Source: Spizellomyces punctatus DAOM BR117 (Eukaryota). From it: a stretch of DNA of 64,000 bases. The stretch lies in assembly GCA_000182565.2 (NCBI GenBank), contig KQ257452.1, one strand, 5' to 3'. Shown piece after piece: positions 26,501-38,799 of this stretch (positions are counted from its first letter, which is position 1; each line of letters starts with the position of its first letter). The position numbers and the translations under genes were made by a program. The notes under the pieces were generated by a model. It was not told where the DNA came from. It saw only the letters and a list, made by a program, of their open reading frames with translations, and did no database searches.

Positions 26501-27456
26501 GATGTAGACCTTCACAGTGGATTATCAGTGAGCAACGATTGCATATCTCCACACGTTGCCAAACGCAAGTAAACCAATGCCAATATCCTTTCTCATACGT
26601 ACCAGGATCTGCTAGTTGCTTGGGCCTTGGTTCCTCCAAGTCTGTCACCGCTATCAGCTTATAGTTCCCAGTAAGAACCACCAGGCCCGTTTCCCACAAT
26701 TGGCATTCTAGTACTCCATACTCTTTGGCGTCCTGAACAGAGCACAGCTACTGAGTACTGTATCCTCAGCCTCTTGGTCAATCAAACGCTTCACCTGTCC
26801 CAGTGAGAATTGAATAAACTCCCCGTGTATATCATACACTCTGACAGCGCCATACTCGAGAATGCATATCAAGTGTTCAGTGTTTGTCCATCCCATGCCC
26901 ACGATTCGACCTTTATCCCACTGGTGACAATGCGTTGACATTAGAAACAGAACAGAGAGCGTTTCTGGGCTTTTAACGCATGGGAAGCTCACCTGGAATT
27001 GATTGATGAGCTTCCCAGAGGATGTGTAAATGTGCATAACCGGCTTTATTGTTTGATTTTGCAGCGATAGAATCTTTTTATCGTCTCGTATCATGGCTGA
27101 AAGCATCAGAATACAAGAGCATAAGGAAAAAAAACTTTAGGAAACAACAACGATAGCCACTTTTGTATTTATTACGTATTTCAATTCTCGTCCTTTTTCG
27201 CAGTATGAACCAATTTTACTAGCTACTGGCATCAAATGCCTTACCTATTGGACCGCCATAAGGAGCGGCAGCAACGATAAACTTGGAGAGGTCCATATCC
27301 TTCCAGAGCATGAGATAGGTTTCCTGCTTGCTACCGCCCTCATTTAGACAATGACACGTTCTCTTACCCGTGAGCAAAAGTGTAAAAGACCTACCAGTAG
27401 AACCTGTCATGGAGGAGATTCCAATCTGCCGTGGGAGAAAGGTTTCCTGCCAACAT
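23565..27456 (-). CDS. VPS16: HOPS/CORVET subunit Vps16 (multi-exon)
   Basis: [61 protein letters not shown]...[10 protein letters not shown] and DFKVPEKR match Vps16 N- and C-terminal domains. Confidence 0.92.
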
Positions 27457-28597
27457 TGTGGTTGTGGGTGTGTCGCTTTACAGCAAGATGAGAATGGTAT
27501 GCAAGACTCGTTAAATACGTTGCTTGACCAGCTCATTCCCCCCGCGCCACATTGTTGAGTCATGCATCCAGCAAGCCTTCAACTTTCATCTCCTGTCACC
27601 GCACACCTTGCTCTTCATTCCTTTTTGCTCATGACAAGTATGCATATCTCCTGCAAGGTGCAAGATTGTGCTCACTGGCAACAATCCACACGGTTGCAAA
27701 TCAACTGCAAATCCACCAAGTGTGCAGGATTACATGAGGACACAAGAACACTATAAACTGTCCTCCCGCACGACTGCATCCTCGACTCCAAGCTGAAATC
27801 TCAAAGTCTAGTATACTTTTGTGAAGGGAAACTTGCTGGAATACACAGTATGGAAATACCCCATGGTATTGCATAGATGATGCACTCAACAAGCAGCTCT
27901 AAAGAGGCATAACGATCGAATTCAGTTGAAAGCAACTGCACACTGCCTAATGGCACAGCCATGCTATACACCAACTCCGCACAAAAGGCGATGGAACACC
28001 AAAAGTCACTCGTCTGTACGATTTGTCCGCTTTTTTGGATTTCAAACGACTTGTCACCTGGTTCAAGATGTAGCCAAGAAGCAACAACAAAAGCATGAGG
28101 GTTTCGGAAGAAACAAGAAGCGTTCTGGGCGGGCTGGGGATTGAAAGGTGTCTGCTAGCCTTCCTTTAGCGATCACGTCAAAAGACCTACTTTTGCCACG
28201 CCATTTGCTCAGTCTTTTTTTTGCCTCAGCAAATGCCACCAAATGGGCATTAAGCCCTTTTCCGCCGAGCCGACTCTTTCCAAAAAAAAGAAGAGGTTGT
28301 CGCCCCGCCATACTTGAAGTGTGCTTTTTTTGAGTCATGGCACTGTTGGACGGGTTAGATTTCCAATGAGTCTACTTTCAAATATTTCACATGCAACAAA
28401 ACCCCCACACTCGTTTGTTCGTCATTGTGCCTTCCGATCGTTATTATAAAGTGTGTGTGTGTGGGGATGTTTTCATACACAATGTGCTGCATTGACTTTT
28501 CATAAAACAACATTTAACAAAGTACATGACATCACGTTACTCTTCTCCAATAAACTTGTTCTGGATGATTGCCTGTGTGCTACGCATACCATATTGT

Positions 28598-28702
28598 TGT
28601 GTGTGTGTGTGTGTGTAGGGATTCCAAGTGTTTGTTTTGAGAGTGTTTAAAACCAACGAAATAAAGCTTTTCTTGTACCTGTGTGTGTGTGTGTGTGTGT
28701 GT
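28598..28702. repeat. Two (GT)n microsatellites in the long upstream region of the homeobox gene
   Basis: TG dinucleotide runs at ~28598-28616 and ~28680-28702. Confidence 0.85.
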
Positions 28703-29358
28703 TCCAAGTACTTGAGGAGAGTAACAAAAGGTGAACAAGTGAAAGGTTACTACAAAGTGTGATATCAAAACACTTTGCTTTTACCACCAATTGTTGAAAT
28801 GTTACCCGTCCTTGTCTCACTCCCGTTACCCCGGCTTTCTACATCCATCTACTCCTTCCTTCCTTCTTCCTCCTTCTCCTTCTTCTACCTCCTTTAAGGG
28901 GGGAGAGGCGAAGCAGCCCTTCCGCTTTCTTTGTTGTTTTAAACAACTCTTGAACACTCTACCCAAAATGCAAATGGGGAAGGAAGGAGGTTTTTTTGGT
29001 CCTTTTGGGAGACGAGATTTGAACCGAATCCCAAATATTCTTTTTTTCGTTTTTTTCAAACTTTCTAAACTCGCTTTTGACGAGTGAAACTCCCTGGGGT
29101 ACAGCAAACATCTAGCTATTCGTTCCTTTTGCTTTAAACCTTTTTAGCCAAACAACGTCCCCAAGCTGAAAATCCTGATTTTCCGCCCACAGTGTTTGTC
29201 ATATAAGCAAGCGCTGCTGGGGTGAAGAAGGAGCAGGTTTTTTAAGAGATTTCTGCTTATTCTCATCTTGGCCAGTGACAGCGACCCACACACAAAAAAA
29301 AAAATAATAAATCGAGCGAGGAGCTGGGAGACTGGACACTTGTGCGTTTTGACATGAA

Positions 29359-31351
29359 ATGATGGAGGGCCTGCCAGATTTGCCAGCGTCTGACATTCAC
29401 TCTGACGGAAATACACCGTACATGGAACCATTTTACAACACTTTCCACCCATTGCCGTACGGCGACTTTCGTCAACATGTAAGTGCTGCCGGCCGTCGTT
29501 CGATACCTATAGCTTTGCTTACTTTTTGTTCGCATCTTTACATCTGGGTTCCGACAGGCGTACAATCCGTTCTTTCACAAAACTCGTCGAAAGACGACCA
29601 AAATGCAACTGGAAGTCCTTGAAGCAAATTTCCGTGATAATACAAAACCAGATGCGGAAACCAGACAACTGCTAGCACGTCAATTGAACATGACGCCAAG
29701 AGGCGTGCAAATCTGGTTCCAAAACCGCCGTGCAAAGGAAAAGGCGGCGTTCAAGAAAACTGCAGAGTCCACAAAAGAACAGAGCTCGTCGCCAAATATG
29801 ATGGAGAGTGGGTCCGATTCCGGTGGTGCGGTTTTTGATCCAGGCATCAAGACTTCTCCTCGCAGTGTGGAGGAAAGTCCTCCAAAGATTGGCTCACTCG
29901 GTCAGGTCCAGAGAACACCCCAGTTTGCCGTTGTGCCCCCTCCGTATGAGGGCGCCTATCAATTTCTGGACGATATCGCCGTACCTCCACATCAGGACTC
30001 GCTGCCATTCGACCTTGTCGCGGCCGCCTCTGGATTGATGCCACCCTTTGGGACAGTGGACACCAGTTTAGACGCTGTTGACATTGGTGAACGTGGTCTG
30101 GACACTAGCGGACGCCTGCCACCAAAGACGTCTATGCGCAATCGTGCTGTGTCAATGCCGGAACCATACAAGCCGTACGGCACCTATGAAGAGACGTTGG
30201 CTTCATCCTTACCAAAGGACGAGCAAGTGGACTCTCAACAGAGTGGCCTTCCATTCCATGGCACATCCCTAGAGTACGTCCCACAACCACAACAGTCAGC
30301 GTCTCACATTCCAGAAATCCGACATCCCTCACAATCACCCACTCGTCTGGCCGTCGTTGGCCATGGCCCGCCAAGCACGAATCGCCAGCGAAAACGTGCG
30401 CTCACCATAACCATCCCTGAACGCCCAACACCGGGACCTACTTCCACTTCCACTGCGCCCGCAGGAAGGATTGAGAGCACTCACGCACCTTACAGTGCCG
30501 GGGCTTACGCTCCAGTGTATCGACTACAGCATCCTTCACCATCAGTACTTTCCCCTCATTATTCCGGAGATACGCCCACTTGGAGTGGCGCACGTCGCGG
30601 ATCGTGCCCACCAGAGTTCCTTGCCTCATTTATGAACATGACTATACCATCAACAGATGACGGCAGTACATCGCTAGAAACCCCTCAGCCCTCGCCGTCC
30701 TTGCAACCGATTATGGAGGACTGTACTTATGGACGGTCAAGCGAAATTGCTTATGCAAGTGCATCGCTTACGCCTCCGCAAACCTATGCGGACTGCGAAG
30801 CCAGTGTCGCTGTGGTTCCACAGTATCCCATGACGGCATACCCAAGATTTTACAACAAGGACATGGCATGCCTGGGCCCATGTTACGATTCTTACGGTCA
30901 GAAGCAGCTTCACATTCCCCAAGCGCTACAAGAAACACAGTCCAAGCCTGATGTACAACACTTTCAAAGGCTTAGAATGAATCGGCGGAGTTCTGAGCCA
31001 GTCAATATACTACGACAGCAGCACGTATTACGCGCTAATGCGGGTGCAGAGGTATCTAGCTGGGATTCTGTATACCCGGGATACACGATTGCGATGCCTG
31101 GAGTCCATAAAGGTTATAATTCTGCGGCATATTGGAGTCCGCAAACCGGACGACCGCCATCACAACGAACACTAGCATTTGAGAGCGGGCTGGAAGAGCC
31201 TCATATGTGTGTGGAAGAGAAAATGTTACTGAGTGGGATTAATGATTTTGACAATCTCAGTCCTGTGGTCGGGCAATCACCCACGATACCGTATCCGAGA
31301 TCATTCCCTGTAGAGTTACCGAATGCTGTAGGAGAATTTGTAGAGCAGTAA
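29359..31351 (+). CDS. Homeodomain transcription factor (fungal Phx1-like), one intron
   Basis: YNPFFHKTRRKTTKMQLEVLEANFRDNTKPDAETRQLLARQLNMTPRGVQIWFQNRRAKEK, followed by a long disordered tail. Intron ~29479-29557. Confidence 0.88.
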
Positions 31352-31592
31352 AGCTTTTGTAACTAGGATGGAAGCGACTCAAGAGCGGACTGAACAGTTT
31401 CCTTTTGTTAGTGTTTTTCCTTTATATCTTCTCTGCTTCTACCGGACATTACCTCTTTGTAAATTGGACAGTACCAGGAATTGTACTTTGTATTTTTACT
31501 TTTAGTCTTAACCTTTTTCTTTTGTTCGATTTTTTACAAATGAGACTTTTGAATATATGTTTGAAGAAAGCATACAGTGTAATTCTTATGGT

Positions 31593-34070
31593 TTAATCTG
31601 AGGAACCACCTTCGGCCGCCACAGCGACCTTCTGCCGATGCCCGAAATGCTGAGAATTTTTAAATTCGGCGTATAGTGTGAACAGTACGTGAAGAGATTC
31701 GATGTAGGTGCGGCTTTCCTTGGGTTTCGACTTTTTTTCTTTAAAGACATGTACGGGTATGTCCACCATATTGCAGGCTAGTTGGGCATAGTCGCGCAAA
31801 GACAGGTCGATCTCGGCTGGTGGAACCCGAACCTATTATGATGTGCATGTGTGTGTGTTAGTGTGTGAATCCTGCAATATTGGCTGTTTGGAACAAACCT
31901 CTCCAGCATTGAAGCCTTCCTCGACCGCGTCAGGCCATTGAGCCATCAGCTTCTCGACATCCGGCATTCGCTTAAAGTACTCCACCTTATCCTGTGGCGT
32001 CTGCAAGTGAAGATTGTAAACATTTTGAATCCATTGCGACAAGGCTTTTTGCCCGTCGGGTGCTGATGTTCCCGGACCCAGTTGTATTGACCGGATTTTG
32101 GATGGTGTTAGTTTAGGGGTTGCGGATTCGCTCTTTTGAAGAGCACGAAGACGAAGGTCCAGGACTGGCCGATTTTAGGACGGTGAGTAACGTGTCTTTG
32201 TAAACATTTGTTCACTCGCACAAACATACCAGCCGGATCAGATTGCTGTATATTAGGTTCATCGAGCACTATTGCTCCCAATGACGACAGCTTTTGAGTA
32301 TTCACTGGTTTAGATGGATCATCTGGATATCGCGATGGAGGCGGAATCTGCAGCAGCAAAAACATTGTTTAGATCCCATGAAAAAAAGGTCAAAATGAAA
32401 TGCCTGCAAAACGTACTTTGATGATTGGATCAATGTCACCAATGGACGGCATGTAATCCAGGATAAAACATTTCAGCTCTGGGTTGAGTTCAAACGTTTG
32501 TGGTTCATATCCCGCAATATAAGTGAAAAGCTCTTCCAATTCTGTCTTGAGCGGACCGCCGGAGCTTGATACGGCGGAAGTCTCCGACGTTGAGCGGGTG
32601 GCCTCGGTAAAGATCATGTCTGTATTGCGCAAATGGTCGTCGTCCTGGTCTGTGGGTGGGTAGCCTAAACTATCGGAGCGTGGCGGCCATGGATGCTTTT
32701 CTTTCGGAAGGGGCTGCGGGTCTGCTAGCCCAAAAGTTGTCTGCCTATCATCTTGCATACGTTGAATGATAGCATCGGTGTTGGAATCCTGATATTCATC
32801 CTCTTCTTGGCGAAGCTGGGAACAAGATTGAGATATTATGACATACATTGGGGTAGAAGAAAATGTCCTTTACCGGTTGGTGCCGTTTTGCAGAGCGCCG
32901 CGCACTTTCGGGCCTCATGGCTCTACGTTGTGGAGGTGGTGACTCTGGTTGTGCTTGGATAGTGTCCTGTAGATACTGGGACGACCCTGTAGTCGACTTG
33001 GTATTTTTCGCCATGAGGGCGTTAAATTCTTCGTCACTATCGTCAGGATGATTATCCTCAGGATGCGTTGAGTAGAACGCTGTAGGTTCCGCATCAAGCC
33101 CCATGGAGTTTACATTCACATCTGACATCAGATTTGCGGAAAGGTTTGCTGACGCTGGCACACTTCCTTTCAATGCCGTTGCTCTTGCAGATGCCTGTAC
33201 AATTTGCGTTTTTCATGTCAACTGGTGAGGATCTGGTTCAAAGGCCAAACGCTCTATTCACATTACCTCATCGACTGGTTCGGGTCTCTCCTCTGTCCTC
33301 AAGTCAGATAATCCACCGCTCCTGCTAATTGATTCACGTCGCGGTATACGACCCATAGCCAGATCGTTTTGGCTCATCATTTCGCGCGAAAGGCTGTTTT
33401 GTGTTGCGGCCAGAGGACTTGTTGAGCTGTCGACACCGATTTCGTTCAGCGCTCCTTCTGACTTGGTTGGCAGTTGTCTTCTCAATCCACTGTAGGGTCG
33501 TGTTGGAGGATCTAGTCCAGCTTCAAGATCGCTTTGCAACCTTAAAGGATCGGGAGCAAGTTCCAATGACTTCCGTTCAATCAGCAAAGAATCTTAAACC
33601 CCCATGCAGCGGCCAAGTTTTTGACCGATCACTTAACTCTCCCGGACTCACTTTCTTGCAAATTTTTCATCCTCTTCTATGGCAATTACTCGAGCCAAGA
33701 GCTCATCTTCTGATACTTGATCCTCCAGTTGACGCCTTCGCGCACTAGGAAGGCGGTTGACCCGTGATTGCATGTCTCTAGCAAGAGCTTCATCTGACTG
33801 TTCCATCCGTTGCTTGGATCGACTTGTCATAGGACGACCTCCAAGATCATCAGTTGACCGCCCGCGTGTAGATGTAACGGGACGTTTTCCCTTTTCCGTC
33901 CGTCTGGCATTATCACCTTGGTTGTGGAGCATCGTTCTCTCGAGTGCTTCAATGGCAGCGTCGACGTTATAGTCCACGCGTTGAAGCACTGCAGAGAGAA
34001 TTTCTGGATCCACTAGAGGAAACTGTGCAACGAGACGAGCGAGCGAGAGCTGGTCCTCCTCTTCAGCCAT
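31593..34070 (-). CDS. IFT46: Intraflagellar transport protein 46 with N-terminal CUE domain and MIU-like motifs (multi-exon)
   Basis: IFT46 core: LFTYIAGYEPQ...LKCFILDYMPSIGDIDPIIK, LGAIVLDEP, MPDVEKLMAQWP, IESLHVLFTLYAEFKNSQHF. Upstream exons splice in frame to the CUE-like ORF 33648-34070. The core call is firm; the fusion is less so. Confidence 0.85.
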
Positions 34071-34150
34071 TGTGGTTTACTACATCCAGCGTGCACCAAA
34101 CGAACGGGCATTCGATCGCTTTGATCGGGCCCGATGCTGAGCTAAGCTGC

Positions 34151-34158
34151 CACGTGAC
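34151..34158. promoter_or_regulatory. CACGTGAC E-box in the IFT46/PPR divergent promoter
   Basis: Exact motif, centred in a ~155-bp gap between start codons. Confidence 0.45.
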
Positions 34159-34225
34159 GGAATGCAAGAAGAACTCGCATCTCTAGTTCCGAACATTTGT
34201 TGCTTGGCTCCTTGCTGGACGAAGG

Positions 34226-36361
34226 ATGAAAGCAAGAAGTTGTCTTGGAGGACGAAAGGCTACCTCTCTTCTCCCTTGCAATAGGCAAAGGCCCTCGGGC
34301 TGCCTGCTTGCTGCAAGTCGTCATAGTCACCTAGGGCGGCAGTCGGTGCTTGCGCGACATGACAGAACTGTCATTCGCCCGTATACAGCCGTCGCCTCCT
34401 TGGCGCCAGTAACGGAAGGTGAGCGGCTACTCCATTACCAACCCAATGTTATATTTGCTCTAAAATCTGCTTCTGATAGCCTCTATAGCTTCTGAAGGTG
34501 GGCAAATGCGACGTTTGAAAAAGATGCAGACCTTGCTCTCGGCTGAGAACTATGATGGCGTTGTGCACGAATTCAAGCGGGCCGCTCACCGTGGAAATGT
34601 TTCCGAGGACTTTTTCGGAGTAGTATTAGAAGCATGTTCGAGATTGGGTGACTTGGAGACGGCCATGCGGTTACTGGAAACAATGAAGCTCAAAGGAATC
34701 CCGCTGTCAACTGACGTCTATACTACTCTGTTGAAGGCAGCTGCTAAAGGTCCAAATGCAGTTGAGAGAGTTGTGAGGCTTTTGACAATCTTGGAGAAGG
34801 AGGCAGGGGATGGATCGTCGCTTACAGAAAACAGTTACCTTGTCGTTGCAAAGACGTTGCTGATGTCGAATGAACGACGCTACGTGAAGGCAGCCCTCAC
34901 AGTTCTAGAGCGCCTGCAGGGGAAGGTGGATAGTACCAAGATCCTGGGTCTGGAGATCTTGGTAAGTCGCTAGTGATACCATGCGTGCGAGATTGGGACT
35001 GAAAAAGCTGAGCACCTACTCTTCAAAAGGCTTTGGGTAACTTGGATGAAGTGGAAGAGCTTTCGTCAAGGATATCATCTGCACCCGACTCCGTGATCAG
35101 TTGTGATTTTTGGGCATATTGCACGATTGCTCTGCACCGATGTACCTCAGTAAAAGACCGCCATGAGAAATGTGTTTCCGCATATTCTGCTTTACTGCAT
35201 GCGATAGACGCGCAGGCAAAAGAGCATACATTTTTCGACCCAGAGCGTCAAGACCTGATTGTCATGGCCACAAGAGCAGTTTTCGACTCCATCCAGACCG
35301 AGGGTAAGCTCGCCGAAGCGCTGACGATACGAAGGCAGGGCCAAGCAGTATTTCGTACCATGTTGATAACCCAGCGGCAGCGTGACCAGCTGTATAAAGA
35401 GCTGGACAGCGGGACGCTACGTGTACTGCGTGCGGCGTTGATTGAATCCCTAACGCGTAGAGAAGCCGCAACATCACGTCGTACACTGCACCAGGAGTGG
35501 ACAACAATTGTGGATAATATGCGATATCGAAGGGTGCTCCAGGATGCAGATGCATGCTATGTGGTGTTGGATCTTCACATCCTTGCCAGCAAAGATGGTC
35601 TGTCTTCGATGGAGAATGCCACGCAATTGTTTGAGGACATGAAAAAAGAGGGACTGCGTCCGAATAGGGAAATATACAACTTGTTGATGCAAGGTTGGGC
35701 GTCAATGGAATCGTTGGATAGTGAGCACAGGCTGCGACAGGTTTTGCAAATCTTTGAAGCTCTACGGCGAGCCGGTCATATACCGGACGTGGGCTCATAT
35801 ACTGCGCTTTTTACCGCTTGTGCTCCGCTGAATGAAGAGATGACCCGCGACGTCACGTCGGGTCAAGCGGCGGCGGTTTTGGAATATGAACTACAAATGC
35901 TGAGAGAAGGCGTTGTTCATGATGCCAAAAGTACTCATGCTATCATTGATGCTCTCCTGGGACTTGGGCAATATGAGGAAGCGACACAGCGTTTCGTGGA
36001 CATGCGACTGACCGGGATTCCAAGAGATCTGGAGTTGTACAATACCATGATTTGGAGATGCAGTTTGGAATCATCAGGAAGGGCGGCTTTGTTTGCAGTG
36101 AAGGATTTATGGTACACGATGCAGCGTGAGGAACATATCACCCCAGATCCGCGAACTTTTGAGGGTTTGATCCGCTGTTGCCAGAGACAGGGCGATGTCG
36201 TTTCAGCGCTTCGGTTGGTCGAAGATATGGGTGTCAGGGGCATTACTCCCGACATTATGATCTATCAGATAGTATTGGATATGATGGAGCCGTGGGGGGA
36301 TTTAGTCGCTTGTGAACGAACTACTATATTGAAATGTATCGCTCAGAATGGCAAAGTTTAA
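34226..36361 (+). CDS. Pentatricopeptide-repeat protein (probably mitochondrial), multi-exon
   Basis: PPR motifs: LETMKLKGIPLSTDVYTTLLKA, FEDMKKEGLRPNREIYNLLMQG, PDPRTFEGLIRCC, MGVRGITPDIMIYQIVL. Arg/Ser-rich N-terminus. Confidence 0.85.
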
Positions 36362-36573
36362 GGGCAATGTAGTGTAGATATTTGATGAGGTCATGTTAAG
36401 GTTTAGATAATGGTAAAGATCTTGTATTTATTTTCTGTACAGTTTTTGACTAGATGGATAATCTGAAAATTTAGCTTTAAACCTTGTTCTACCGCCTGTA
36501 GTTTATGAAAACTCGTTTTTTTCACGAAAAACTATTTGAAATACGTGGAGGGTATGCAGGCATCAGTAGCAAA

Positions 36574-38468
36574 TCAACTCGAATTCTTGGTATTGCCACG
36601 AATAGAGGCGGGGGGATTGTAGTTCTGATTCCTCATCATGAAAAAGATGAAGAGGAAGCCTGCAATGACCACCAGGAGTAACAATACCCAGCATTTGACT
36701 CGATGAAAGACTCGCATAGGACGACTATATTGCTGAAGGGTGGCCGCGCTAGGATAACACCATTCGCAAAGCGGCGAGTCGTCGATGATGACAACCGGCG
36801 GGGGAGTGTCCAAACCAGTATATTCTGGCATTTCAAAGAGTTTGACATCTTCTGATGTCACCGCATTCTGGCGAAAGATTGCTCGGATGCGCGATGATTC
36901 AAGGTAATCCGTATCTGTGGCAAAAAGTATGGCGTCGTAGAACGTAACTGGAGCATGGTTCTTTAATGGCGGATGGCTGCCCAATGTAGCAGAGGATTGG
37001 TGTGGAACATGATCAGCCAAAAGCTGGGTTGTTGAATCGCGAGCCGGGTTGACCGCTGACATCTTCTTATCCTTTTCGGAGGTTTGCTTGGTGGGTGAGG
37101 CGCCAATAAAAGAAACAGTATCATAAGGATCACCATCTTCGGTGACCCTATCCTCCCGCTCCTGATCCTGCCGAACCATCTGCAACCACTCCTCAAATGT
37201 TGGACTCAACCCGTCACCAGCAGCAGCCGCCGCAGAATTTACATAAGAGTACGCTCGTCTTCGCCCTTTCGGGGTAGGTGACACTTGTCGCAAATCTTCG
37301 GGAGAAATTGGCCTGGCAAACCTCGTCACACTCCCGACAGCAACCTGCATTCGGTTATTGCGACGGTGCCCGTGCATCTGCATTATCCCTGGAGGAGGTT
37401 TGGTCACGACACGTATATCAAGTGATGTTCCCCGCTGGTCGTCTACTGGGGTCATTTGACGGGCACCAAAGTCGAACGATTTTGAACCCATGGGGGATTT
37501 GGTAGGAGAGGGAGGTATGGTGATAATAAACTCTTGTGGCTCCGAACCACCAAGTGCTGGATACGCGCTACGTGGACCCAATGGCACGCCCTTTTTTGGC
37601 GATGGATATGGGCTTTTCAGACCCATAGTCATCAGGCTGAACTTTCGGGGTTGTGGCCCCGGTCCTGTTGCCTCTTCTTCTGTGATTTCGGTCACTGACG
37701 GGGCAACCATCGTCCAGGAAATCAATTTTCCCGCTTCCACATCTCGAACGCTGGGACTAGGGGGAGGAAGGACACCTGGAGATCCGGTGGGCGAAGCGGG
37801 GGGCCAGCTAGTTACAATGCTTGGGATCAGCCGCTTGTTGCGAGCAGGAGATGAGCGTCTAGTGCGTCTGGTCACCCCTGATTCGCTGATTGTTTGCATA
37901 GTCCCTCCTTCAACATCCTTATTCTCCTCTACAGCAGCTGTTGCCACGATAGAAGCTAAATCCTCCTCCTTTTTTTTATCCTTTTCCTTCTCTTGGGGTT
38001 TCGGATTTATTTGCCCCGGTTCGTTGTCCTTTCGAATTCGTAGCATAAAATATTGCACATCTCCGATGATATCGGTATTGGTCAAGGGGTTTAAAACGTG
38101 CAATCGATGTATCAGCTTTTTGCCTAGGTAAACTTGTGTCTGGAATAGGATTTTGTTGAGTTGAAAAGCACTATAATACGAATAAAAAGCCTGCGGGAAA
38201 ATAATTGATTAGCAAGCTTCTCAGACCATGTGAAATGTTCTAAAGGGTAAATCATGTAGAGGAGATTCACCTTGCCCGGCTGTTTGATGTCCCAAGTCTG
38301 CACTCTTGCAATAATGAAAGATTTGCCACCTTTCGGTTCCAATTCATCATGTAGCTTGGCAAGGTCTCCAAATGTCTCCAAGCTGAATGAATCTTCATAT
38401 TCTGCCAAAACAGAATCCAACACAGTGTTGCCTGAGCTATCCAGGAGTCTTATAACTTCTTCCCCCAT
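36574..38468 (-). CDS. Hypothetical protein with a DUF5092-like N-terminal domain, disordered middle and C-terminal transmembrane helix
   Basis: EDSFSLETF...IIARVQTWD|...FYSYYSAFQLNKILF...VLNPLTNTDIIGDVQYF (family assignment from memory, unverified). Hydrophobic WVLLLLVVIAGFLFIFFMM near the C-terminus. Confidence 0.6.
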
Positions 38469-38799
38469 GATGCTGATTTCTGCGGAATGTTGAGGCAAGA
38501 GCCGTGCAAGTGCAATGTGGGAGCTATGCGTGAGCAAACGGGGAGTGGGTTGGTTTCTTTGGGTGTGAGTATTTTTAGCTTGACATGTAAATAATTAGAA
38601 TAGGAATCAAGATCCCCAAAAAAGCCACGACGCCAGCTATAAACCAAACCTGATATTTTGTTGACTACAGCATTCAATTAATCCCTAATCAAAGTAATTC
38701 TTAAAAAACGCGGGTATTTCTGGGGATACAGCGTAAATTCCATAATTGGCATATACAGCTTATCATGCACAATATACAAGAGTCCCTCATTTCACATAT

